Positions 29,435-39,907 of a stretch of 64,000 bases of DNA are shown here, piece after piece. The stretch covers positions 197,532-261,531 of the forward strand of contig CAZGOI010000002.1 of NCBI GenBank assembly GCA_964527185.1. The letters are read 5' to 3'. This DNA is from an uncultured Candidatus Saccharibacteria bacterium (GTDB taxonomy: Bacteria; Patescibacteriota; Minisyncoccia; Phycocordibacterales; UBA9973). The position numbers were made by a program, and so were the translations under genes. Position 1 is the first letter of the stretch. Each line of letters begins with the position of its first letter. The notes under the pieces are model-generated. The model saw only the letters and a list, made by a program, of their open reading frames with translations, was not told where the DNA came from and did no database searches.

Positions 29435-31387
29435 ATGTATATTGTGACAATCATCCCGATAAAGAAGGGTTTGCAGAAGGAAAATCTGACCTATTTTTCA
29501 GCTAACAATATTGCCCTAGGGACGATCGTGACTGTGCCGGTGCGCTCAAAAAAAATTGAGGCGCTTGTAATCGGTGTCGAAGACGCCAAAGTATTGAAAA
29601 CTGATTTAAAAAATAGAGAATACCAGTTAAAAAAAATTGTTGGGATCAAGGGTCGGGCTCCATTTACAAAAGAATTCTTTACTGCTTGCCAAATACTCGG
29701 GGATTATTTCATCGGTTCGACTGGTTCGATTATTGGTAATTTATTTCCAAAAATATTTTTGGAAAACATTAGAGATCTCAAAGAAAAAAATTCTAGTGAA
29801 ATAGAAAATCGAAAAGAAAATGTCAAGCACGAGAAATTAATATTTCAAGCTAATTTTGAAGACCGTGCTGCTTTTTATCGCACGCTCATCCGCGAGGCAT
29901 TTGCCAAGAAACAATCTGTCTATATTTGTGTACCAACTAAATACGACATAAAAGAGTGGGAGGGGGCGCTGGTCAAAGGTATCGAGCAGTATCTTTTTAC
30001 TTTTTACTCTGAAATGACAAAAAAATCTCTGATCAGTGCATACAATGGTGTCCTAAATACTAAACATCCAGTAATCATAATTGGTACCGGAGTTTTTTTG
30101 TCGATCCCGAGACGAGATATCGGGACGATAATACTTGAAAGAGAAAGTGGTGATGGTTATAAACAACTTTCAAAACCATACATAGATATTAGAACTTTTG
30201 TTGAGATATTTTCCGGAATTGAAAAAACAAAATTAATTTTTGGCGATACGCTTCTGCGACCAGAGACTCTCTATAGGCACGACCAAGGTGAACTCGGTGA
30301 AGTCTCTTCCCCTAGCTATAGACTACTACAGCTCGAAAACGAAACTGTTGTTGATGTTAAAAAAGAAAATAATATAGACTCGAAGACAAAAATTTTCAGT
30401 GTTCTTTCAGAAAAAGCAAAAAAACAAGTCGAGCAAAATATCACTATTGACAAATCGACATTTCTTTTTAGCTTGCGCAAGGGTCTGGCGCCGATTACAG
30501 TCTGTCACGATTGTGGTCACACTCTGCTTTGCCCAAATTGTTCCGCCCCGATGGTCCTTTACGGTGCAAAACAACGGACTTCTACCAAGATCGAGCAGAC
30601 CCGTATATTTATGTGCAACAAATGTGGTCACCGGGAAACAACTGGCGTTAAATGCAAAGAATGCAGTAGCTGGAACTTGACCCCGATCGGTATCGGTACC
30701 GATCGAGTTTACGAAGAGGTTAGAGAATTGTTCCCCAAAACTCATATCATTCAAATAGATAAAGAAAGTGTTGCAAACGACAAAGAAGCTCGGGTCTTAG
30801 TTGAAAATTTTTATAAAAAGCCAGGAAGTATTCTAATTGGCACCGAGATGGCGTTTTCTTATTTAGATTCTATGGTTGATTCTAGTATTATAGTCTCGCT
30901 TGATGGGTTGCTGTCAATTCCAAGTTTCAATATTACTCAAAAAATTTTACATATCATTGAACGATTGACCAGAAGAACGAGTGGTACACTTATAATCCAA
31001 ACGAGGATGCCAGAAAATGAAATATTACGATATATAAATTCTGGAAATGTTTTACCGCTCTACCGAGAAGATTTAGCCGATCGAAAAAAATTTGGTTATC
31101 CACCATTTAAACGGCTGATAAAAATTACATTTGCTGGAACTGCAAGTGAAACAGAGAAAGCCAGGGAGTATATATCAAATGCGCTCGGCAAATATGAACC
31201 GCAAATATTTTCTGCATTCATCGGTAAAGTAAAAGGTCAGTATGTAACAAATACAGTTCTAAAGATAGACCCTAATGACTGGCGCTTGCCTGAAAAAGAT
31301 AAATCAAAAAATTTAGAGCTTCAAAATATTTTGTTTAGTTTACCGCCGCAATTTGCCGTAAACGTCGACCCCGAGGATTTACTCTAG
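29435..31387 (+). CDS. priA: Primosomal protein N' (PriA) with degenerate helicase motifs
   Basis: 3' DNA-binding N-domain, four CxxC pairs, GIGT.RV.EE, ILIGT, YPPF. Confidence 0.85.
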   Translation: MYIVTIIPIKKGLQKENLTYFSANNIALGTIVTVPVRSKKIEALVIGVEDAKVLKTDLKNREYQLKKIVGIKGRAPFTKEFFTACQILGDYFIGSTGSIIGNLFPKIFLENIRDLKEKNSSEIENRKENVKHEKLIFQANFEDRAAFYRTLIREAFAKKQSVYICVPTKYDIKEWEGALVKGIEQYLFTFYSEMTKKSLISAYNGVLNTKHPVIIIGTGVFLSIPRRDIGTIILERESGDGYKQLSKPYIDIRTFVEIFSGIEKTKLIFGDTLLRPETLYRHDQGELGEVSSPSYRLLQLENETVVDVKKENNIDSKTKIFSVLSEKAKKQVEQNITIDKSTFLFSLRKGLAPITVCHDCGHTLLCPNCSAPMVLYGAKQRTSTKIEQTRIFMCNKCGHRETTGVKCKECSSWNLTPIGIGTDRVYEEVRELFPKTHIIQIDKESVANDKEARVLVENFYKKPGSILIGTEMAFSYLDSMVDSSIIVSLDGLLSIPSFNITQKILHIIERLTRRTSGTLIIQTRMPENEILRYINSGNVLPLYREDLADRKKFGYPPFKRLIKITFAGTASETEKAREYISNALGKYEPQIFSAFIGKVKGQYVTNTVLKIDPNDWRLPEKDKSKNLELQNILFSLPPQFAVNVDPEDLL

Positions 31388-31432
31388 TTTTTCTTGCTTA
31401 AAGTAGCATCGTATGCTAACATATGTTTCACT

Positions 31433-31681
31433 ATGGTTACAGTAGTTGAAGTAAAGAAAAACACAAATGAAAGCAACATGAACTTGGTGCGCAGATTTCA
31501 GCGCAAGGTTCAAGAGCACGGTATGATACAGAAAGTCAAAGCAAAGCGTTACAACGAACGCCCGCTCTCAAAACTAAAAGTAAAACAGGCAACCCTAAAG
31601 CGAATTGCTCGCAGAAAAAATCAGGAGAGGTTGGTCAAGCTAGGCAAACTCGGTAGTGTCGGTGGCCGAATGAAAAGATAA
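31433..31681 (+). CDS. rpsU: 30S ribosomal protein S21 (divergent)
   Basis: VEVKK..NES...LVRRFQRKV...RY.ERP.S, basic, 82 aa. Confidence 0.75.
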   Translation: MVTVVEVKKNTNESNMNLVRRFQRKVQEHGMIQKVKAKRYNERPLSKLKVKQATLKRIARRKNQERLVKLGKLGSVGGRMKR

Positions 31682-32065
31682 ATGAATAGTGAAACCCTGA
31701 CAATCTTAAATGATACAAAAGGCAAGCTTCCACGCTTGCCTTTTGTATCGATCAAAGATAAAATTTTGGGGCAAAAATATGAGTTGTCGGTTGGTTTTTT
31801 ACCTTCAACTGGGCAGAAAAAATTAAATAGAATATATCGAGGCAAAAACTGTTCGACCAACGTTTTGTCTTTTTCCCTCTCAAAAAACTCGGGTCAAATT
31901 ACCTTCGACCCAAAGATTGTAAAGGCCGAGGCTCCAAAATTTTCAATGAGCTATTCAAAATTCCTAAAATACTTATTTATCCACGGCTGTCTTCATTTGA
32001 AAGGATTCGTTCATAGTAGTACAATGGACTTACAAGAGAAGAAATATCTCGAAATGTTTGGGTAG
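31682..32065 (+). CDS. ybeY: rRNA maturation endoribonuclease YbeY
   Basis: LNRIYRGKN..TNVLSF and HGCLHLKGFVH. Confidence 0.92.
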   Translation: MNSETLTILNDTKGKLPRLPFVSIKDKILGQKYELSVGFLPSTGQKKLNRIYRGKNCSTNVLSFSLSKNSGQITFDPKIVKAEAPKFSMSYSKFLKYLFIHGCLHLKGFVHSSTMDLQEKKYLEMFG

Positions 32066-32082
32066 TTCTCTTTTTTAGACCG

Positions 32083-33258
32083 ATGGCAAGAAATAATTAC
32101 ACATGTGGCATAGATGTGGGTACGCACAATACACGCGTCGTAGTGCTTGGTTATAACAAGGATGATAAATTCCCTAATTTGATTGCGACAGGTCAGTCGA
32201 GCACCCAGGGTATGCGTTTGGGTTATATCACCAACGTCGAACAAGTTGCATCTTCTATCCGTGACGCACTTGGGCAAGCCGAAGCGATAGCTCGTTTTAA
32301 AATCAAGCGCGCTTATATTTCAATCGGTGGGATAAGTTTAAGTTCGATAACTTCAAGCGGTCAAGTTATCATCTCGCGAGCCGACCAAGAGATAACTCAA
32401 TTAGATATTTCAAAGGCATTGGCCGACTCTGAAGAAAATCTTGAAATATTAAATAAAAAAATAATACATATGATCCCAATCGGCTACAAATTAGACGGTA
32501 AAGATTTGCACGGTCGACCTGAAGGTATGAAGGGTGTGAAGCTTGAAATCAAAACTTTATTTGTCACTTGCCTTAAGCAAAATATTGAGGACTTGATCAC
32601 CGCCCTCGGGTACGCAGGAATCGAACCGCTCGATGTCATTGCATCGCCAATTGCAACCTCTTTTGTATTACTCAACCATAAACAAAAAACTGCTGGTTGC
32701 GCATTGATTGACATCGGGGCCGAGACGGTCTCGATCGCAGTCTTTGAAAACAATTTATTGATATCTCTCCAAGTTTTTTCTATCGGTAGTATGGACATCA
32801 CCAAAGATGTAGCACTTGGTTTCCGTATAGCGCTCGAGGAAGCAGAGAGTATTAAGCTTGGTTCGGTTATTGGTGGTGATTATCCAAAGAAAAAAGTCGA
32901 TGAGATCATCGAAGCCAGACTCTCTGATATTTTTGAACTGGTGAACAACCACTTGAAGCGTTTGCGACGCGATGAACTCCTGCCTGCTGGTGTTATTATC
33001 ACCGGCGGAGGTTCGCACGTCGGTCAGATAGAAGAACTTGCTCGCCGAGAACTCAAACTTCCATCTCGAGTCGGTCCTATCGATAGTACTTTGAATAATA
33101 AATTTAAAATTAGAGATTCTTCTTGGTACACAGCCTTTGGTCTAGCTATGTCAGCAAACAATAATTCTCTAAATAACACCATCGAGAACTCTATCGGTGA
33201 TAGTGCCAATCAAGTGAAGGGATTTTTCAAATCTTTACTCTCGCAACTGTTACCATAA
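32083..33258 (+). CDS. ftsA: Cell division protein FtsA
   Basis: GIDVG, IDIGAET, ITKDVA, ITGGGS; directly upstream of ftsZ. Confidence 0.93.
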   Translation: MARNNYTCGIDVGTHNTRVVVLGYNKDDKFPNLIATGQSSTQGMRLGYITNVEQVASSIRDALGQAEAIARFKIKRAYISIGGISLSSITSSGQVIISRADQEITQLDISKALADSEENLEILNKKIIHMIPIGYKLDGKDLHGRPEGMKGVKLEIKTLFVTCLKQNIEDLITALGYAGIEPLDVIASPIATSFVLLNHKQKTAGCALIDIGAETVSIAVFENNLLISLQVFSIGSMDITKDVALGFRIALEEAESIKLGSVIGGDYPKKKVDEIIEARLSDIFELVNNHLKRLRRDELLPAGVIITGGGSHVGQIEELARRELKLPSRVGPIDSTLNNKFKIRDSSWYTAFGLAMSANNNSLNNTIENSIGDSANQVKGFFKSLLSQLLP

Positions 33259-33363
33259 AAAAATAATTTGTCAAATATCTAACCTCTAGCCTTTTTGGGC
33301 GTTTCTGCTATTATGTACGTACAAAATATTTATTAGTAACGGAAAGATTAAACCTTAAAATAT

Positions 33364-34530
33364 ATGGCTAAAATTAACCCAGAAATAGAATCTTTTGCCA
33401 GAATCAAGGTCATCGGTATTGGCGGTTCGGGCAAAAACGCTCTCAACCACATGATCAATTCGAAGGTTAAAGGTGTCGAGTTCATAGCTATGAACACCGA
33501 TACTCAAGACTTGCACAATTCAGAGGCAGAAAAAAAAGTTCATCTTGGTAAAAATCTCACCAAAGGTCTTGGTGCTGGTATGAACCCAGAGATCGGTAAG
33601 CGTGCTGCTGAAGAAACAAAAGCAGAAATTCAAGATGTTATAAAAGGTGCAGACATGGTTTTTATAGCTTGTGGTATGGGTGGTGGTACTGGTACTGGTG
33701 CTGCGCCAATCATTGCCCAAGCAGCTAAGGAACAAGGAATTCTGACAGTTGCAGTTGTAACAAAACCATTTTCATTCGAAGGCAATCAACGTATGCGACT
33801 AGCCGAAGAAGGCCTCGCTCTACTTGAACGCGAAGTCGATGCAATACTTGTGATACCAAATGATAGGTTGATAATAATTTCAGGAAAAGAAGTTGGCTTC
33901 AGAACTGCTTTCGCCCTTTGCGACGAAGTTTTGAAGCAGGCAGTCGAAGGTATATCTGAATTGATCACAACTCCAGGCATGATCAACCTCGATTTCGCAG
34001 ACATCAGAGCAGTCATGCACGATGCCGGCTCGGCCCTCATGGGTGTTGGTATTGCTGCCGGTGAAGGCCGCGCAGAAAAAGCCGCGCTCGACGCTATCAA
34101 TTCCCCATTGCTCGACCTTTCAATCTCTGGCGCCAAGGGAGTTTTGTTTGCAATCTCTGGCGGTGATGATTTGACAATCCACGAGATAAGCGAGGCGGCA
34201 AAAATAATCACCGAGTCTATCGATAAGGATGCAAAAGTAATATTTGGCACGATCCGCGATGAGAAATTAAAGAAGGGCGAAATGAAAGTGACCGTGATTG
34301 CCACTGGCTTCCCTACAGATATGCCCAAGCGCTCGCTCTTCCAAGCCGGAAGTAGAGTCGATGAACCGACAGTTGCAAATTCAACAAAAGAGGAAATTAT
34401 AGCTGCTGTAACAAAAGAAACTGGCAAAGAATATATAAAGAAAGCCGACAAAGAAAAAGCAAATGACCTATTCATTGACGATACCGATGATTGGAGTACG
34501 GTCCCAGCATTTCTACGACGTAAAAAGTAA
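33364..34530 (+). CDS. ftsZ: Cell division protein FtsZ
   Basis: [17 protein letters not shown]-terminal VPAFLRR. Confidence 0.99.
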   Translation: MAKINPEIESFARIKVIGIGGSGKNALNHMINSKVKGVEFIAMNTDTQDLHNSEAEKKVHLGKNLTKGLGAGMNPEIGKRAAEETKAEIQDVIKGADMVFIACGMGGGTGTGAAPIIAQAAKEQGILTVAVVTKPFSFEGNQRMRLAEEGLALLEREVDAILVIPNDRLIIISGKEVGFRTAFALCDEVLKQAVEGISELITTPGMINLDFADIRAVMHDAGSALMGVGIAAGEGRAEKAALDAINSPLLDLSISGAKGVLFAISGGDDLTIHEISEAAKIITESIDKDAKVIFGTIRDEKLKKGEMKVTVIATGFPTDMPKRSLFQAGSRVDEPTVANSTKEEIIAAVTKETGKEYIKKADKEKANDLFIDDTDDWSTVPAFLRRKK

Positions 34531-34565
34531 AATTAAAATTCCCCAAGTTTGGGGAATTTTAATTT
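34530..34565. terminator. Terminator after ftsZ
   Basis: AAATTAAAATTCCCCAA..TTGGGGAATTTTAATTT inverted repeat. Confidence 0.75.
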
Positions 34566-34583
34566 ATGTTATAGAATAGCCCT

Positions 34584-35510
34584 ATGTACGATTTGATTAT
34601 CATCGGCGGTGGGCCGGCTGGAGCAGCCGGGGCAGTCTATGCCGCCAGAAAACAATTGAAGACATTGGTTATAACCCAAGACTTTGGTGGCCAGTCGAGC
34701 GTTTCTACTCTCATATACAACTGGATCGGCACACCAGAGGTTTCTGGCGTGGACTTGGCTGAAAATCTAAAAAAGCATATTCTCTATTACAAAGGGCCGT
34801 ATCTTGATGTTATGTATGGTGAGAAAGTTGTGATGGTAAAGAAAGAAAATGAAGTTATAAATGTTACAGCTGAATCTGGAAAAAATTATATGGCAAAAAG
34901 CCTGCTCGTCGCAGCTGGTTCCGGTCGCAGAAAACTCGAAGCAATAAATGCAGACGTCTTTGAACAAAAAGGTATCACCTATTGCGCTTCTTGCGATGGG
35001 CCACTATTTGCCGATCAAGATGTAGTCGTAGTCGGTGGTGGTAACGCTGGGTTTGATACTGCCGCCCAGTTGCTCGCCTATTGCAAAAGCGTAACGATGA
35101 TCCACCGCAGTGACACTTTCAAAGCCGATGAAATTACTGTTAAAAAAGTTTTAGACAATCCAAAATTTAAAGTTATAAAAAATGCAGAGATTCTGCGTGT
35201 CGACGGCGACCAATTCGTGGCTTCGATAACCTACAAAGACAAAAATAGCGACAAAGAAGAAAAAATAGAAACGACTGGCATATTTGTCGAGATCGGTCAA
35301 CTGCCAAACACCGATTTTATGAAAGACGTCGTCAAGCTCGACCAATTCAATAAAATTATTGTCGACCCGATGACAGGGCAAGCAAGCGAGGCAGGGATCT
35401 GGGCAGCTGGAGATTGCTCAAATGGTAAGTACCATCAAAACAATATCGCCGCTGGCGATGCCGTCAAAGCACTGGAGGATATTTACATCTGGCTACACAA
35501 AAATAAATAA
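34584..35510 (+). CDS. Thioredoxin reductase / AhpF-like FAD oxidoreductase
   Basis: IIGGGPAG, CASCDG, VVGGGNAG, AAGD. Confidence 0.92.
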   Translation: MYDLIIIGGGPAGAAGAVYAARKQLKTLVITQDFGGQSSVSTLIYNWIGTPEVSGVDLAENLKKHILYYKGPYLDVMYGEKVVMVKKENEVINVTAESGKNYMAKSLLVAAGSGRRKLEAINADVFEQKGITYCASCDGPLFADQDVVVVGGGNAGFDTAAQLLAYCKSVTMIHRSDTFKADEITVKKVLDNPKFKVIKNAEILRVDGDQFVASITYKDKNSDKEEKIETTGIFVEIGQLPNTDFMKDVVKLDQFNKIIVDPMTGQASEAGIWAAGDCSNGKYHQNNIAAGDAVKALEDIYIWLHKNK

Positions 35511-36260
35511 TTATTTTAGCAGATTTTCGAGTATCTCGAGTTCGGCTTTTGAGTTTGGCTGAAAGGCCTCAAGGGTATTTTCTATAGGAACCCCGATTAC
35601 ATTTTTGCCTTGTTTAAAAGCATGACCTATGAGGTCGGTTAGATAGTATTCGCCTTGGGTGTTTTCGTTTTTTAAGCTATCTATATTTTGCCAGAGCCAA
35701 TCAGAATCGAAAACATAGAGCGCGGGGTTAACTTCGGTAATTTTTTTTTCATTTTCATTTGCATCTTTGAATTCTACATTTCGAACAACATTATTATTCT
35801 CGTCTCTAATAATTCTACCAAAATTAACGAGCCCAACCCTCCAATCAGAAAAATCTGGTAATAAAACTGTACCTATTGTTATTGTTGGTCTACTCTGATT
35901 GTGGACATTGATTATCTTTTCTATAGTGTCCTTTGAGACAAGTGGCTGATCTGTTGACAAAACCATTATAGTTTTGTGATTACCAGATAGTGAATTTTTT
36001 GCTGATAAAACAGCGTGGCCAGTACCGAGTTGCTCTACTTGGTGAGCGTAATTGTGGTCATCACCCAGTACTTCGAAAATTCTTTCTTTTTTATGACCAA
36101 CAACTATCACGGGCTTGGTTGGAAGATTGAGAGTCGAAAGTGTATCGAGTATATGTTTCAAAAATGGCTTACCCCTAAGCATAGCAAGGGCTTTGGGTTC
36201 ATCAGATCCCATTCTTTTCCCCTTCCCAGCCGCCAGTATTATGATCTGTGTATTTTCCAT
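35511..36260 (-). CDS. Sugar-phosphate nucleotidyltransferase (GlmU N-terminal domain only)
   Basis: [25 protein letters not shown]; no hexapeptide acetyltransferase domain. Confidence 0.85.
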   Translation of the reverse strand: MENTQIIILAAGKGKRMGSDEPKALAMLRGKPFLKHILDTLSTLNLPTKPVIVVGHKKERIFEVLGDDHNYAHQVEQLGTGHAVLSAKNSLSGNHKTIMVLSTDQPLVSKDTIEKIINVHNQSRPTITIGTVLLPDFSDWRVGLVNFGRIIRDENNNVVRNVEFKDANENEKKITEVNPALYVFDSDWLWQNIDSLKNENTQGEYYLTDLIGHAFKQGKNVIGVPIENTLEAFQPNSKAELEILENLLK

Positions 36261-36342
36261 ACCAAAATATATTAGCAAAATAAAAACTATTTACAATATT
36301 AAAAGTCCTAGACTGCGCGAGGCAACCTAAGACTTTAAAAAA

Positions 36343-37026
36343 TTAGAATGCAATTCCGAGCGAGAGGGATGGGAGTACACTATTCCCGAAATCATAAATA
36401 TAGATTGGGTCTTTACCTACTTTGTTGTTGTAGGTTATACCCAAAGCGCTGGTCAAAAATATATTTTTCCAACTTTTTGGCCGGTATAAAACCCGAGCTT
36501 GTACATTGAATTGGTCTTGATATAACAATATTTCATTACTATTTAGGAAGTTTTTTTCTTTACTTTCCCTTGCAAAGATATCTATGCCTAACTCGAAATT
36601 TTGGTTTATAACCCGCATCAATTCTCCGTAGACAAGATATATAGACTTGTCTTCTTTATTTAAAGAGCGCAGGTGTTTGAAATAAAGATACGATTTGACG
36701 CCGCTTATTTCCCCACTTACAAAGAGCAAAGAATAAGAGTAGTAAAATCTGCCTCGCTCTTCAAATGCTACCCCGGGCATGACAGCCAATCTGGCCATGT
36801 CTTCATATTTTTTTGATACTATTGGCCCAGCCGAGAAGCTGTATATGCCGTCTTCGTCGAACCGTAGCCGTAGGTCGGATGCGAGGGTCGTGGTAAAAAA
36901 ATTCGCGAAACCATAGCCATTTTTTTGTTTTGAAGTTTTGCCTTCGGCCATTCCGCTAAAATTTTCCTGGCTTATGGCTAGATTGAGCCACAAGAGGTGT
37001 ATCAGAGAGAGGGTAAATTTTTTCAT
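36343..37026 (-). CDS. Secreted hypothetical protein, beta-barrel-like pattern
   Basis: Signal peptide, alternating hydrophobic strands, C-terminal LSLGIAF. Confidence 0.65.
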   Translation of the reverse strand: MKKFTLSLIHLLWLNLAISQENFSGMAEGKTSKQKNGYGFANFFTTTLASDLRLRFDEDGIYSFSAGPIVSKKYEDMARLAVMPGVAFEERGRFYYSYSLLFVSGEISGVKSYLYFKHLRSLNKEDKSIYLVYGELMRVINQNFELGIDIFARESKEKNFLNSNEILLYQDQFNVQARVLYRPKSWKNIFLTSALGITYNNKVGKDPIYIYDFGNSVLPSLSLGIAF

Positions 37027-37130
37027 AATGTAAAGTTTTTATTTCTCTAAATTATGAACTTTGTGCAAGTATTGTCAATAGAAATCTTTTTGTGTTTTCG
37101 GTTAAAAATGTTATACTCGTTTCCACTATT

Positions 37131-37191
37131 GGCCCTATCGTCCCCGCCAGCCCTCCCGTCGGTCGGGAGCGGGCTGGTAACGGTTAGGACA
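37131..37191 (+). repeat. Duplicated 5' part of tRNA-Glu interrupted by a 35-nt hairpin
   Basis: GGCCCTATCGTC (37131-37142) + insert (37143-37177) + TAACGGTTAGGACA (37178-37191) equals the first 26 nt of the tRNA at 37438. Confidence 0.9.
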
Positions 37192-37204
37192 AGCAAATTT
37201 ATTT

Positions 37205-37459
37205 ATGTACTTCGTCTATGTTTTAAAAAGTAAAAAGGATCAAAGACTTTACTATGGTTCTACAGACAATCTTGAAAGAAGACTAGGAGAGCATAATAAA
37301 GGTAGAGTTAGGTCAACTAAATCAAGAATTCCTTTTGAATTGGAATATTTTGAGAAAGTTGATAGTATAATAGATGCGCGGAAGAAAGAAAGATATTTTA
37401 AAACAGGTTTTGGTAGGAAATACATAAAAAATAAACTGGCCCTATCGTCTAACGGTTAG
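37205..37459 (+). CDS. Small GIY-YIG nuclease; last codons and stop lie inside tRNA-Glu
   Basis: YFVYVLKS...YYGST.NLERRL.EHN.G...A..KERYFK.G.GR. Confidence 0.92.
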   Translation: MYFVYVLKSKKDQRLYYGSTDNLERRLGEHNKGRVRSTKSRIPFELEYFEKVDSIIDARKKERYFKTGFGRKYIKNKLALSSNG

Positions 37460-37509
37460 GACATCGGCTTTTCAAGCCGGTAATCCGGGTTCGATTCCCG
37501 GTAGGGTCA
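37438..37509 (+). tRNA. tRNA-Glu (TTC)
   Basis: Acceptor GGCCCTA/TAGGGTC, anticodon loop TTTTCAA, T-loop GGTTCGATTCC. Confidence 0.96.
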
Positions 37510-37669
37510 CAAAAAGAAAAATCCAGTATCACTACTGGCATAATTATTATTTTTTTCATGTTATACACTATTTAAGATAATTTGTCAAGAGATATAATCA
37601 ATTATTGTTAAGTGGGTTTGATATGTTTTCTCGTAAAAAATTTGGGCAAATGCTAAAATAAACCCACAA

Positions 37670-38341
37670 ATGAAATCTCCTATATTATTTCATACCTCTT
37701 ATAATCCCAAACAAGAAGCAATCGAATATCTAGCTATGGTTTTGAAAGAAAATTTAACTGCTGGAAAAAAGGTTTTATGGTTTGTGCCTGGTGGCTCTGG
37801 GGTTAAGGTCGCATCCGAAGTTTCCGTCTTGCTTGATGACATGCCGTGTCAAAACCTCTCGATTGCTCTTACCGATGAGCGGTATGGGGAAATTGGTCAT
37901 AAAGATTCAAATTGGTTAAAATTAGAGCAAGCTGGTTTTAAAATTAAGAATGCAAAGCTCTACCCTACTCTTTACGGTAAAGACGTAGGCGAGACGATCA
38001 AAGATTTTAATTTTTGTGTAGAAAAAATTTTGGGCGAGTCTGACTTTACCATCGGTCTCTTTGGAATTGGCGCCGATGGTCACACCGCCGGTATAATGCC
38101 ACAAAGCGTTGTGGTTAATTCAACTGATTTTGTTTCTGGTTATCAAGCTAAAGATTATCTCCGGGTTACCATAACGCCAAAAGCTATCGCAGAGATTGAT
38201 GAAGCAGTACTGTACGCAGACGATAAGGCAAAAATAAAAGCATTAAAAGATCTAGAGAGCGATATCCCCTACGAAATAGAGCCAGCTCAAGCATTAAAAC
38301 AAGCAGGGGGGCTTATTATTTTTAATAAGAAATATAGATAA
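37670..38341 (+). CDS. 6-phosphogluconolactonase-like protein
   Basis: PGGS, DERY, SN and GIGADGHTAG motifs; adjacent to zwf. Confidence 0.82.
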   Translation: MKSPILFHTSYNPKQEAIEYLAMVLKENLTAGKKVLWFVPGGSGVKVASEVSVLLDDMPCQNLSIALTDERYGEIGHKDSNWLKLEQAGFKIKNAKLYPTLYGKDVGETIKDFNFCVEKILGESDFTIGLFGIGADGHTAGIMPQSVVVNSTDFVSGYQAKDYLRVTITPKAIAEIDEAVLYADDKAKIKALKDLESDIPYEIEPAQALKQAGGLIIFNKKYR

Positions 38342-39562
38342 ATGAAAAAATCTACAACCCTTATCATCTTTGGCATAACCGGCGACTTGGCGACGCGCAA
38401 ACTCCTGCCAGCCATAAACGAAATTTTGAAAAAAGAAATTTTGCCAGAGCATTTCAAGATCGTCGGCATTAGCCGAAAGAAGAACGTAGATGTCGGTAAA
38501 CTATTGCGAAATATTGAGGACCAAGAAAAAATACGCGAACATCTTTCTATATTTTCAATTTCTTCAGAAGAAGACAGCGAGTATGACCGCCTCGATAAAT
38601 ATTTGACCGAAATCGAATCAAACAACGCAGAGGGTCTGCAACGGCTCTTTTACCTAGCAGTTCCACCCCAAGCGTTGCTAGAGATTGTTAGCAAACTCGG
38701 CTTTTCTGGCATTTCAAAAAAAGTCGAGACCAAGATAATGCTCGAAAAGCCTTTTGGTGTTGATTTAGAATCTGCCAGAGGGCTTTCAAAAGAGATTGGT
38801 ACATATTTCAAAGAAAGCCAAGTCTATCGCATAGATCACTACCTGGCCAAAGAAATGGCGCAAAATATTATCGTATTTCGAAACGACAATTCCCTATTCA
38901 AACATACTTGGAATAATAATTTTATTGAAAAAATCGAAATCATCGCAAGCGAAACTATCGGTATCGAGGGCCGGACAAAATTCTATGAAGAAACAGGTGC
39001 ATTTCGCGACCTGATTGTGAGCCACTTATTCGAGTTTGTAGCTATTACTCTCATGGATATCAGAGATGAAGAATCAAATATGCAAAAAATGAGGCTCGGA
39101 GCCCTGAAAAATCTACACCTTAAATCGGCCGGAAACATTTATGAAGTTGTCAAAAGGGGTCAATACAGAAAATATAGAGATGAGGTAGGCAATAGTGAAA
39201 GCACAACCGAGACATATGTAAACTTAAGTCTAGAATCGAGCGATAAAAGATGGCAAGGTGTACCGATAAGGCTTGTTACTGGTAAGTGTCTGAAGGAGAA
39301 AATAACACAAATTAAAATTTATAAAAAAGATAAAACTGCCGAACCCAGTGAAATAATTTTTGACTATTTAAAATCTGGTGGAGATGCAAATGAAGATTAT
39401 AAACGGATATTGCACGATGCGATAAATGATAATCATGATTTATTTATTTCAAATGACGAGGTAGTTGAATCTTGGCGGATTGTCGCGCCAATTCAAGAGG
39501 CTTGGAAGAAATCAAGTGACGATCTATTTATCTACGAAGAAGGAAGTGATTATAATCTATAA
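38342..39562 (+). CDS. zwf: Glucose-6-phosphate 1-dehydrogenase (shortened C-terminal domain)
   Basis: FGITGDLA, EKPFG, RIDHYLAKE, RWQGVP. Confidence 0.92.
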   Translation: MKKSTTLIIFGITGDLATRKLLPAINEILKKEILPEHFKIVGISRKKNVDVGKLLRNIEDQEKIREHLSIFSISSEEDSEYDRLDKYLTEIESNNAEGLQRLFYLAVPPQALLEIVSKLGFSGISKKVETKIMLEKPFGVDLESARGLSKEIGTYFKESQVYRIDHYLAKEMAQNIIVFRNDNSLFKHTWNNNFIEKIEIIASETIGIEGRTKFYEETGAFRDLIVSHLFEFVAITLMDIRDEESNMQKMRLGALKNLHLKSAGNIYEVVKRGQYRKYRDEVGNSESTTETYVNLSLESSDKRWQGVPIRLVTGKCLKEKITQIKIYKKDKTAEPSEIIFDYLKSGGDANEDYKRILHDAINDNHDLFISNDEVVESWRIVAPIQEAWKKSSDDLFIYEEGSDYNL

Positions 39563-39818
39563 AAAAGTCCTCCTGTGGAAACAGGAGGGCTCGGTTAATA
39601 TTTTGAGGATGAGTTCCCCAAAACAACAAAAACCACCACATATATAAAGAACTTTATTTGTGGGCACGCACCCGTTTTAGCCAACCTGTTTTAGATGCGT
39701 ACCCTTTTACCAAAACCAACTGGTGAGATATTACAATGTTTATCAAAAATATGCAAGGTTTAAATTGTTGATAATATAAAATAAATTCTATATAATACCG
39801 CAGACAAGGCACTTTTAG

Positions 39819-39905
39819 GGAAGCGTGGCTGAGTGGTTGAAGGCACCGCTCTCGAAAAGCGGCAGGGGCGAAAGTCTCTCGTGAGTTCAAATCTCACCGC
39901 TTCCG
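39819..39905 (+). tRNA. tRNA-Ser (CGA)
   Basis: Acceptor GGAAGCG/CGCTTCC, anticodon arm CCGCT-CTCGAAA-AGCGG, long variable arm. Confidence 0.96.
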
Positions 39906-39907
39906 CA

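Noticed and set aside
37131-37509. Intron-containing or split tRNA-Glu
   Set aside because: An uninterrupted full tRNA-Glu exists at 37438-37509; the upstream piece is a partial duplicate and no group I/II intron core is visible.
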